DNA of 64,000 bases from Phaeosaccion multiseriatum (lineage: Eukaryota > Protista > Ochrophyta, other classes). Both the position numbers and the translations under genes were made by a program. Location: the NCBI GenBank assembly GCA_965112735.1, contig OZ218950.1, positions 1,426,001 through 1,490,000 on the forward strand, read 5' to 3'. This document shows positions 49,881-60,729 of this stretch, piece by piece. Positions within the stretch are counted from its first letter, which is position 1; the number at the start of each line of letters is the position of its first letter. A model generated the notes under the pieces. The model was not told the origin of the DNA. It saw only the letters and a list, made by a program, of their open reading frames with translations, and made no database searches.

Positions 49881-52800
49881 CTTCATGCTTTCGTGCCTCC
49901 TCCTCCTCCTCCTCCTCCTTCAACAGGCGAAAGCGAGCCATCGCCACAACTTGGGGCTTGTTCCTTGTCAACTGATCGAGCTTGGGGGCGCCCTTCTTCC
50001 ATGCAGAGGGGAGCCCTTCGCTCAAAGGCACACATTTGGCCTCACCTAGCAGCTCAAGTCGGTCCTTCCTGTAAAAGATGGCGTTACCGAAAGAGGTTCG
50101 CCTCTGTTCGGAGGGGGGGATGGCAGTGGATGGAGGGAGCGAGGGATTGAGTTAGGCCCAGTCCAGATGGCGTATCCAGTGATGAGGAGCCGTCTCCCTG
50201 GTCTGGGGCCGGAGGCAGGCACATCAATACCTCAAACCCCCTTCTTCCCTCCGCGTCGCCCCTCCTTTCCTTCACCCCCACCCCGTCACTACCTCCCCCC
50301 CTTCCACCCCTTCTTCCCCCTCCCCTCCTTACCCTACTTTATCCTCCCCCTCCCCTCAGACACTAATTCTTAGGTTGATTCCTGTAAGTCAATAAAGTTC
50401 TCTCCCATCTCCCCTCCTTTCTCTCTCCCGTCCCCCCCTCGTCACCTTCTCGGAAGACTTGAACTCCTTTCTTGTGCGCAGATTGGATGCATACACAACT
50501 TCCCCATCCAGGCCAAGCTCCGCCATCATCCTTCGCCAACTGTGATCCAGGGAGAAGGGCGTCACCTCCTGTAGACACACAATGTCGAGAGGAGCCCCCA
50601 TAGCGTGTTGGTAGTACGCCATCTCGTTCCGAAAGGACGCGAATCGCCAGCGCCATAGCCTGTTGTGTGAGAGGGGGGGGGGGGGAGTGAGAATGAGAGC
50701 AGGTGTATTGGCATAATAGAGGGGCCAAATTACTCGTAAGTAAGAAGGCAAGACAGTAAGTTGTGTGAGACACATACACACCTGGAGACGACAGGGCAGG
50801 ACTTGTGCATCGTAAGGAAGTGAGTGAGTCAGTAAGCAGGTGTGGGTGTGTTGTTGACATACACACATACATACATACATACATACATACATACATACAT
50901 ACATACATACATACATACATACGTACATACATACATACATACATACGTACATACATACATACATACATACGTACATACATACATACATACATACATACAT
51001 ACATACATACATACATACATACATACATACATACATAAAAACATGCATACATACACGTAACCTTATACACATCCATGTGTAATGTTATGTACCTGGGGAC
51101 AAGAGGGCAGTACTTGTGCATTTTGCCTCTGCCGTTTCTCGGGGCAAGCACGTTGTACGTGAGAAGCCGCACCCCACAAGAAGCGTCGTCGTCATTTGCG
51201 TCGCCAGTTGTGTCGCCATTTGGTGCGCTTGTTGTTCTGTCCACCACTCCTCCGCGGGGCGTGACCCATTGTCGCTCTTGCGGGCACGAGGTGGGGACTG
51301 TCAAGAGGAGGAGGAGGAGGAGGAGGAGGAGGAGGAGGAGGAGGAGGAGGAGGAGGAGGAGCAGCAGCAGCAGCAGCAGCAGCAGGAGGAGGAGGAGGAG
51401 GAGGAGGAGGAGGAGGAGGAGGAGGAGGAGGAGGAGGAGGAGGAGGAGGAGGAGGAGGAGGAGGAGGAGGAGGAGGAGGAGGAGGAGGAGGAGGAGGAGG
51501 AGGAGGAGGAGGAGGAGGAGGAGGAGGAGGAGGAGGAGGAGGAGGAGGAGGAGGAGGAGGAGGAGGAGGAGGAGGAGGAGGAGGAGGAGGAGGAGGAGGA
51601 GGAGGAGGAGGAGGAGGAGGAGGAGGAGCAGTAGGAGGAGGAGGAGGAACGCGAGAGAGAGAGAGAGAGAGCGGATGGGGGAGGCTGTTAGCCAACTGCA
51701 GAGAGAGAGGGCGTGGTGGTGGTTTTCTGTTGTCTTTTTGTCAACTAGCTGGGCAAGGGTAGACAAGGGAAGAATTTATAGATATACTTCTACATATTGT
51801 ATCTTCGGAAGTACGATACAGTTTCGTTGCAATCACTGCACTATATACCATACCGTACGTTCTGCCTTACGTACCGTTGGCGGGACGTTCCTTGAAGGGT
51901 TTGGTGGTGTGCACAGCGAGCCTGACGGATATTTGCCTACCCTCTAGCTGTCGTCCTAAGGGGAAAGGGGGGGGGGGATATGGCAGTGGACGGGATGGAA
52001 TGGGTGGGGTGGGATGGCAGTGGATGATGGGACGGGGGTGGGTGGACAGACCACCGACACGACCCCAGGACACTTGCCCCACGTACACATGAGACAAACA
52101 CACGCATACAGTTACACAAATTCTTCGGTTGATTCCCAACAGTCAATAGTATGCAAAAGACGGACCGTCATAGCCTTGGATGGCTCGCTGGGCTTGCTCC
52201 TCCGTAGCGAAGGATACAAAGCCATAGCCCTTGCATGCACCAGTCTACGCAGCGGAGGGAGAGAGGGGAGAGGGGAGAAGAGACGAAAGATGAGACGTAC
52301 GTTGAGAGCAAGCTCGAAGATGAGATGGACACGTCGTGTTGCCGTAGCTTGGGACAGTACGCCAACAGAAGGCCCTCCTCTCTCTCTCTCTCTGCCTCAT
52401 CCCGATCGGCCTGCTCCGCTCCCTCCGCCCCCCCCGTCTCTCTCTCACTCACTGACTCACTCACTTAACTCACTTACTTACTGACTCACTGACTCCCTCC
52501 CTCCCTCCCTCTCTCACTCACACACTTACTCAGTGAAGCACTCAATCACCCACTGATTTACTCACTCACTTACACACTTTTTCACTCACTCACCCACTCA
52601 CCAAGCCACCCACTCACTCACCCACCTCACTCACTCACTCACTCACTCACTCACTCACCTCATGGTCCTCGACAACGCGGCAGTGCAGCACTTCGCCAAA
52701 CGCACTGAAGGCCTTTGTGAGAGCCTTCGTGGTCATGGAACAGCTCAAGCTCGACACGAACAGCTCCACCGCGTAAAACGCGCCATCGTCACACGCCGAC

Positions 52801-52897
52801 ACTGGTTGCCCCCAGTCCCATTTCTTCTTTCTTCGTGAAGGGGCTGGCGAGGACGCTGCTGTAGATTGAGTTACCCTCAGATTCCATCTCCTCTGCA

Positions 52898-52932
<35 letters not shown>

Positions 52933-53078
52933 GCACTCTGCCCAATTCCTCGCCCCCTCTCGCCCCCCGCTCTTGCCGGGCTGGTTGTTACTCTTGTTGG
53001 GTTGGGTGGAAAGTGGAAGCAACTAGCCTCCCGAAAGGCGCCAATGGATATGAGAATACATAGATAAGAGAGCCCCAT
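47426..53078 (-). CDS. RRM + CCR4/nocturnin/Angel-like exonuclease-endonuclease-phosphatase (EEP) protein with a predicted plastid leader
   Basis: Approximate exons: 53078-52659, 52244-52166, 51955-51875, 51297-51093, 50659-50446, ~50104-49601, 49055-48874, 48644-48116, 47942-47884, 47625-47426. RRM: LFVSSL and KGYGFVSF..LEGRQISVRLA. EEP motifs: LLTYNVLA, DIVCLQEV, GNAIFYR, NAHL, VCGDFN, RLDYI, WPSDH. Confidence 0.88.
49062..49455. repeat. Long (GGA)n/(CCT)n microsatellite in an intron
   Basis: Near-perfect run of more than 250 bp. Confidence 0.95.
50866..51036. repeat. (CATA)n tetranucleotide microsatellite in an intron
   Basis: Direct reading. Confidence 0.95.
51305..51648. repeat. Long (GGA)n microsatellite with an internal (GCA)n block, directly upstream of a minus-strand 3' splice site
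   Basis: Direct reading; acceptor at 51298. Confidence 0.95.
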
Positions 53079-53307
53079 TAGATAGCGTACTAACGTCCAC
53101 TCACTCTACCGCAGATCGACATCAGGCACAAAGTGACGGAAGCAAGATGCACACAGCTTTCCGGAAGGAAGAGAAGGAAAAAGCTAAAATAAAAAATGTG
53201 TGAAAGAGGCAAGCGATGTAAAAATCACAGCCATCCAGTGCCATCTGATGAAGCCTCATTCCATCGATCCGAATCTCCCAAGCCTTCTCATCAATAAATC
53301 GCCGGCT
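53079..53307. promoter_or_regulatory. Putative bidirectional promoter with an A-rich tract
   Basis: Divergent ATGs at 53078(-) and 53308(+). Confidence 0.5.
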
Positions 53308-53334
53308 ATGGCGGACAACGGGCAGGGCGCCGCC

Positions 53335-53365
<31 letters not shown>

Positions 53366-56300
53366 AACAGCAGCAGCAGCTGCTGAACCGCTTCGTCCAG
53401 CTGTGTAGCTCTTCGCCGGATGTGAGTTGGGGGAGCGGACGAAGGGAAGCAGCAAGTGTTGGGTTGTATTTCTTCTCCCACCCCTCTTACCACTTATTAT
53501 CGATTCGTTGGTCTTTCTTCATTCACTTCCCCCTCTGCTCCCCCCCATCTGGTCTTGTCCTCTGCTCACTTCCGCATCACCCCCGTTACCATGGTCACCA
53601 CCATGTCTCCTTCCACTCCCGCTGCTTAACGCCCCCCCCCCCCCCCCCCCGCAAATTGCATCCCCGCCCCCCCCCCCCCCCCTCTCCTCCACCACCATCT
53701 AGCCGAACGGCATCCACGACAACACCCTGAAGGCGGAGTTCGGTGATCTCTACCCCAACCTCGTCACCTCTCTCAACTCCCTCTTGGCTGAGAACAGACT
53801 CGTACTCAAGGAGGGGGCAGATCACAGCCTGTGGTACAAGCTCGTGGAGGGGGAGAGAGCGCAGAAGCTCAATGGGCTAACGCCTGAGCAGATGATGATC
53901 TTTCAGGTGGGTGCGTGGGTGGGTGGGGTGGGTAGGTGGATGGGTGGGTCCGTGTCTGTCTCTGTTGCTCACTCAATCACATAGCACTCACTCACTTACT
54001 CATACGCGCAGTCACTCACTTACTCACTCACTAACTCACGTACTCGTGAGTATATAGACCTCATGAATGGTACTCCTTCTAACAGTTTTTCAACGCCTCT
54101 GGGTGGTGATGCCCCGTTGACCCCTGAATCTTCTTCCCTCTCCCTCCCCTTCCCCCTGCCCCTCCTCCCCCTCGCCTCGCGACCCCCAAACAAAACAACA
54201 AGGTGATTGAGAGGTCGGGCAACAAAGGCATTTGGACGCGGGACATCAAGAATCACACCAGTGTGCAACAGCAGACGCTGACCAAGGGCCTCAAGGTGCT
54301 CGAAGGGAGACAACTCGTCAAGAGCGTCAAGAGCGTCACCAGCAAGAGCAAGAAGCTCTACATGCTGTACGACTTGGGTAAGGCTGATTTCGTAAGGTGG
54401 GGTGGGTGGGAAAGGTGGGTGAGTGATGATGATGCTGGATCAGTTTATTATTTAGACCCTACTTCCTCGCAACACCAACCGAAAGACGATCGGGTCAGGG
54501 GTGAGGGGTGAGGGATAGATTGGCTTCTCTGCTCTGTGCGTGGTCTGCTCGCTTCCTCCTCACACCTCCCTCCCTCCCCTCCTTCCCTGCCCTCCCCTCT
54601 CACCCCCCCCTTTGCCCCACTCCCAGCACCTTCAAAGGAGATCACCGGAGGGCCGTGGTACACCGAGCAGGAGTTCGATCACGAGTTTATCGAGGTCAGA
54701 CAGGCAGTGAGGGGAGGGGGGAAGGAGGGAGGAGGGTGGGAGGGAGGGAGGGAGGGAGGGAGGAGGTAGGTAGGTAGGGAGGTAGGGAGGAGAGAGGAGG
54801 TTGGGAGGGAGGGAAGGAGAGGGAGAGACGGCGTGCTGGGGGGAGCCTGCTGCTGTGGACCTCAACAAGCGCCGAGGGGAAGGCGACGGCGAGTTGAGGG
54901 GAAGTGGAAGGGAGCTGGAGGAGCTCTCCACTCGCCATGCCCTTTCACTCACTTCATCTCTCACCTCATGTTCATCCCATCGTCTCCCTACTACTTTCAC
55001 CTGCCTCCACCCTCCCCACCCCTCCCCTCCCCTCCCGTCCCCCCCCCCCCTTTCCTCCCCTCCTCTCACCTCCCCTTCCCTTCCCACCCCTCCCCTCACC
55101 TCACCTCCCCTCCCCTCCTCCATCCGCCTCCTCAGGCCCTGTCCAAATTCATAACGGCCTTTGTGAAGGATAAGTTGAAGGCGTCGCTGGATGATATCAC
55201 AGGTGCACGATTGATTGAATTTGAAGTGAATTCATTTATTCATTCATTCATTCATTCATTCTCTATCCCTCCCCCAAAGTCACGGAGGAATACGCACTTT
55301 GTGCGCTTTGCTCGAGCTTTTGACACATTGCTCACCATTGTTGGGCGACTGACCTTGATCCTTGACTCTGCCCCCCTGACCCTGACCCTGACCTTTACAT
55401 TGACCCTCACTCTCACTCTCACCCTCACTCTCACTCTCACTCTCACCTCCTCACCCTCTACCTTACCTTCACCCTCGCCCTCACCCTCACCCTCCCCTTG
55501 ACCCTCATCCTCATCCTCTCTCAACCCCTCACACTCACACCCATCCTCACCCTCACCCTCACCCGCACCCTCCCCTTGACCCTCATCCTCACCCTCACCC
55601 TTATCATCATCTTCATCCTCACCCTCACCCTCAAACCCTCATCCTCACCCTCACCCTCACCCTCATCCTCACTCTCACCACCTCACCCTCATCCTCACCC
55701 TCATCCTCAACTCTCACCCCTCATCCTCACCCTCATCCTCACTGTCACCCTCACCCTCACCCTCATCCTCACTCTCACCACCTCACCACATCACCCTGCC
55801 CCTGCCCCTCCCCCTGCTCCTGACCCTGCCCTTGCACCTGTCCCACACAGACCGAGTGAAGGTGTCGGGCATTTCCAAAGTGGAGCTGTCACGAGAGGAC
55901 GTCAAATTGGTGGTCAACACACTGGTGTTTGACGGGGCCTTGGAAGAGGTGAGTACCAGGTGTCAGATCGTCTTTTGTATTTCAGTACCTATTGTCAGCC
56001 CCTCGCTCCACTCCTGCCCCACTCCCCTCCACTCCCACTCCCCTGCCCTCCCCTCTGCTCCACTCCACTCCCTTCCACTCCCTCTCCCCTCCCCTCCCAT
56101 TCCTTCCTTCCCTCTACTACTCTGCTCTCTCTTATTTTTCGTGCGAGACTTTGCTAGAACGCACTCTCACCCCCTTGCCCTCTCCTCCCCTTACCTCCCG
56201 CCACTCCACTTCCATCCCTCCCCTCCCCCCCCTCCCATCCCGCCACTCCCCTTCCGCCCCTCCCCTCCTTTCCTTTTACTCTTCCCCTCCCCTCCCCTCC

Positions 56301-56558
56301 CCTCCCCTCCCTCCACTCTTCCCCTCCCGCACACTCTCTCTGTATGATTGGCAGGTACGAGGCTTTTCCAACGCCTTGGGGGTGATGGAGTTCAAAGTAG
56401 CTCAGGACATCAACCGCTTCAATCAGTTCACCGACGTGCCCTGCGGGGTGTGTCCGGTGGTGGATCAGTGCTGTGAGAACGGTGTCATCTCCCCTGCCAC
56501 GTGTGTGTACCTGACAAAGTGGCTGGACTTGCCAGATGACCCGGAGAATCTGTTTTGA
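53308..56558 (+). CDS. RPC34: DNA-directed RNA polymerase III subunit RPC6/RPC34
   Basis: Seven exons (~53308-53421, 53703-53906, 54203-54377, 54627-54694, 55136-55202, 55851-55948, 56355-56558). Motifs: IERSGNKGIWTRDIK, LVKSVKSVTSKSKKLYMLYDL, EITGGPWYTEQEFD, GISKVELS..VNTLVFDG, and the C-terminal Fe-S motif PCGVCPV..C..ISPATCVYLTKWL. Confidence 0.95.
55375..55800. repeat. Degenerate (CCCTCA)n hexamer microsatellite in an RPC34 intron
   Basis: Direct reading. Confidence 0.85.
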
Positions 56559-57611
56559 TTGCTTACCAGATTGTTACCAGGCAGGGCAATCAATGTTGGG
56601 CCTTGGACCTGTGTTCGCTTGGAGCGATCGCAGTGTTCCTTCCGGTCACGGCAAATCATCCGAGATGTTTGTCCTTTGTGTTTTGTGTCGTGTCAAGGCA
56701 AAGAGGATCTTCCTTGATGGGCTTCCTCTTGGGCTTTTCACTTGCGTCCTGTGGCCTCTTTTGTTTTGCGTTAGAAAGCCAAGAAGAAAACAAGAAAGGA
56801 AGAAGGACGGAGCTGAAGAAAAGCCCAAGACGAAGCCAATCAAGCCCTGTTTGCCTTACACGATACGATAAGTTGATTGGATTCGTCTTCCCTTCCTGCT
56901 GAGTGCAGTAGCAGTACCCATCCTTCGACGAGTGTAGGGCATCATGCATCGTGTGTGTCAAAATGGCCTTCAAATTGATTTTAAAAACACTTGCCCACCA
57001 CTACTCTCTTTCTCTCTTCTCGTCGCTATCTACTTATTTGGTTGGTTTCCGTCCTGTGTAATAACCTCGGGAGGGGAAACGGCCGTTCGCCGCAGTGTCC
57101 TTTGGAATGACGGTCCAAAGCTCTGCTTGTGGGTAGACGCATTTCAAAACTTCTCCCCATCATCAGCCAGTGGCCCTTTGTTCTCTCACCCCCCCCCCCC
57201 CCCCCCCCGCTATCTCGAACCCTAGTATATAAAATTCGTGCTGCTTGCACGCACTCAAATCCACCCTCTGGGTCCGTATCGTACAGCCCCCTTTTGGCGA
57301 AGGACAGCAGACAACCAACACGCCTGCTACGCCTCCCACTCGCCATTGTTCTCTCTCTCTCTCATGGACGCGGGTCACATACGATGCTCCTTCCCTCCCT
57401 CCAGCAAGGCAGGCAAGCCCCCACCCAAAAAACCGAAGAACCACCTCTCTTCCTTCGTCTGTTTGTGCTCTCCAGACCAAAGAACAAAACCGACACTTCG
57501 TCCCTCCCTCCCTCCCTCATGTCCTTTCCCTTCCTCTTGGGGGCCGGGGAAGAGCTTTTGCCTCTCTATGACCCTTTAGAGGCCCAATTTGAGGCCCATT
57601 TAGAGGCCCAC

Positions 57612-60148
57612 TTAGAGGCCCACGGCGACGGAGCTGAGGTCCCACACACGCTTCCTCATGGCGGGGTCCATGCACTCATCCGACATGTCGTTCTTGAAGA
57701 TCTCTCCTCCTGCCCCTCCCGCACCCGTCACCTTTCCGGTCTTGTAGTCAAGGGTACCCACTTGCTTGGCGTTGCCTGAGTGGGTGGGGGAGAGGAGAAG
57801 AAGGGGGTGGGGGTACAGGGGTTTGGGGGAGCGAGGTGCGTGGGTGGGTGAGGGGGTGAGGGGGTGCTGGGGGAAAATGGTATGGTACAGCTGCTGCTGC
57901 TGTATCACCAACTGCTGCTGCTGCTACAGACTGCTTACTACAGGCACAAGGAACGCACGACAGGAGAGGGAAGGAAGGATTGAGAGACAGATGCGGCTGC
58001 GAGCTTGCGAGCTCCCTCCTCATCTCCCTTCTTCCGCCGCCCAACCTCCTCCAGGAGGTCCCAGGAGCTCGGGTGACTCACACGCCCACGTGCAGCTCAC
58101 CCCCTTCCTCCTCCCTCACTCAAAGCCCCGTTCCCTCCAGAGGGGAACAATCGCATCGATCATCGCATCGACCCCCGACAAACCGACCAACAACCAACCA
58201 ACCAACCAACCAACCACTCACTTGCCAACCCACCACCTTCCCACCCAAGCAAGCACCCCTCCCAACCCAACTCACCGTTCCAGCTCCAGTACACTCCGGA
58301 CTCCGCGCATCGGGGGTCATCTACACACTGGGCCAGGCGCTCTCCGCTCTCCCTCTGACTGACGTATCCTCCAGTGACGTACTTCATGAACACGGGGAAG
58401 AGAGTGCGGAACCAGGAGCGCTTTTGTCGGAAGAGCTGTGAGTGGGAGAGAGAGATACAGAGAGAGGGAGGGAGGGGTGGGAGGGAGGGAGGGAGGGAGG
58501 GGGGAGAGCAGAAGAATGAGGGCGGACGGAAGGAACGACAAAGAGGGGACAAGAAGGGTTTAGGTGTAAACGGTAACCCGGGGGTTGCGGTGGCGCTGGA
58601 TGCACGGTAGTACCGCTACCCTATTCATTGCACTCACGCACGCACTCACACTACCCTCCTCACACACCACACGTCTCCTACTACACTCCATTCCACTCCA
58701 CTCCACTCACCGCAGTCTCCGCGATGCAGCCCGGGTACATGGAAGAGAAGGTGATACCGGTGCTCTTGTGGTACCTCTCGTGCAGCTCCAGCATGGTCAT
58801 CATGTTGCACAGCTTGGCGTCCTTGTAGGCCTTGGCTCCGTTGAAGTTCTTGCCGTCAATCATGGCGATGGGCTTCTTGCCGCCTTGCTCGAGGCCCTTG
58901 AAGTTACCGAGGCCGGCCTTGGGGAACACGAAACCCCCACCCACGGTGTTGGTGTTTCCGGTGATGGAGCCCACAATGATCATGCGGGCTGTTTATTGAT
59001 AGGGTGGAGTAGGGTAGAGTAGGGGGGGTGGTGGCTGGGTGAGACGTATGCGAAACGAAGCAGGAGGGAGATGTGGACATGCACACGTGCAAGGGAAGGA
59101 GGAGAACCGTGTCGTCCCATTCCCTCCCATATATATCCTCACTCATCCTCGCCCCTCCCCTCGCCCCCCCACGCACGCACTCACGATTCTTTGCCTTCTT
59201 CATGTCGTCGATCAAAAGCCTGCACATGAGGAAGTGCCCCAGGTGGTTCACGCCCAGACTCGTCTCAAACCCATCCTCCGTGAAGGTAGGCACCGACTCC
59301 TTGGGAAGGTACACAGCCGCGTTGCAAACGAGCGTGTCCAGAGGCTTGGTCGAGCCCTTGAATTTCTTCAAGTCCTTGACGAATTGACGCACGGAGGCAA
59401 GGCTCGAGAGCTCGAGTTGGAGGATGGAGTAGTCCGTCTCGGGGAAGCCTTCCTCCTGCGCCACTCGTCGGGCCTTCTCAACGTCTCGGCAGGCCATCAC
59501 CACGTGGTACTTTCCAGCCTTGCCTGCCCCACACAGCAGGTCCCTGGCTGTCTCCCGACCGAGGCCTGACGACGCTCCTGGTGGATGGTAGGATGTGGAG
59601 TATGATCACACGATCACAAGGGGCAGGGGGTGATTAAGGGCAGGAGAGAGGGTGCGGGTTGGATGGCCAGGAGATGTGACTGTACAGCTTCCCTCCAAGA
59701 CCAATGGCAGAGGACCAACAAACATGTATGCACGCTACAAGACAAAATTACCCCGCATGTCTCAGGCTTGGCCTCAGGCTTGACGGATGGACGGTGGGAC
59801 GCACTGACCTGTGATGACTACCAGGTTCTTATTGCTGAGTGGCGGGGCCTTGGGGACGGCTGCGGCGGCGGTGGTGGTCTTCTCACCACCACTAAAGACA
59901 TTCCCAAAGTTCGGGAGAGCGAAAGCTTGTCGACTGACATCTCCTCGCACCACAGACCTTTGCCTTGAGGAGAGTCCTGAGGTGGCGGCGAAAGAGGCCG
60001 GGCTACCGGTGGCGGCCTTGGAGGAAACCTTGGAGCCGACAGAGGAGGCGGCGGTGGAGGTGGAGATGACGGGAGCGAAGGCATTGGTGCTGCCGGCGCT
60101 GAGCAGCACAGCTGTGGCGACGGCGGTGGATCGGCCTGCGAACTTCAT
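57612..60148 (-). CDS. POR: Light-dependent NADPH:protochlorophyllide oxidoreductase, plastid-targeted
   Basis: Five exons (60148-59809, 59577-59185, 58988-58711, 58435-58276, 57775-57612). Motifs: [52 protein letters not shown] (YxxxK), [22 protein letters not shown]. The leader [23 protein letters not shown]|FAP is ASAFAP-type. Confidence 0.96.
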
Positions 60149-60729
60149 GGTGGCCTGCTGGCTCTCGTTGAGGCCTAGAGGGAGGAGGTAGGAGAGCATT
60201 GAGACAAGGAGCGAGAGATATGGGGTGGTCAGGGGGCGGGAAAGCATACATGAGCCTCTGGGGGAGGTGCCGAAAGCGGGGGCAGGCCCCATCGACAATA
60301 CCTTCTTCCTTCCACTCCCAGCCCAGCTGCTTCCCGGTAAGACCAGCGGGAGAGGTCTAAGGCCCGGCAAGCGCTACGGGGAGTACTTTGTAGGCTTGGT
60401 AGACCGGTGTTGAAGGCCGTATCCCAATCCTTCATCTCAGCCCTCCTCCTCTTCCTCTCCTCCGGCCCCTTTCTTTTCTCTCACCTCTTTCTTTCCTGCG
60501 AACAAACGGACACCCACAAACCTAGGGTAGACCTGTAGTTCTGTGGCTGTCCTAAGTACTCACGTGCCTCCCTGTGTGGTCCTGTGCTTGATGGTCTGAA
60601 GGTGGGGTAGAGGAGAGCCAGCATGAGCATAACATTACGTAACCTTATCCCACATCCCACTTTCACTTCCCTTATTTGTGAAGTCGAAGATGGGTGTAGC
60701 TTAGAGCTTACGCGCGGACTACGGCTCCG

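Noticed and set aside
48455-51947. Long poly-Pro/Gly/Leu/Arg/Glu and YVCM-repeat ORFs
   Set aside because: They fall in microsatellite introns of the EEP gene, bounded by GT-AG sites that join conserved motifs.
55375-55800. Interstitial telomeric repeat
   Set aside because: The unit is degenerate CCCTCA, not CCCTAA or CCCTAAA, and it lies inside an intron like the other microsatellites.
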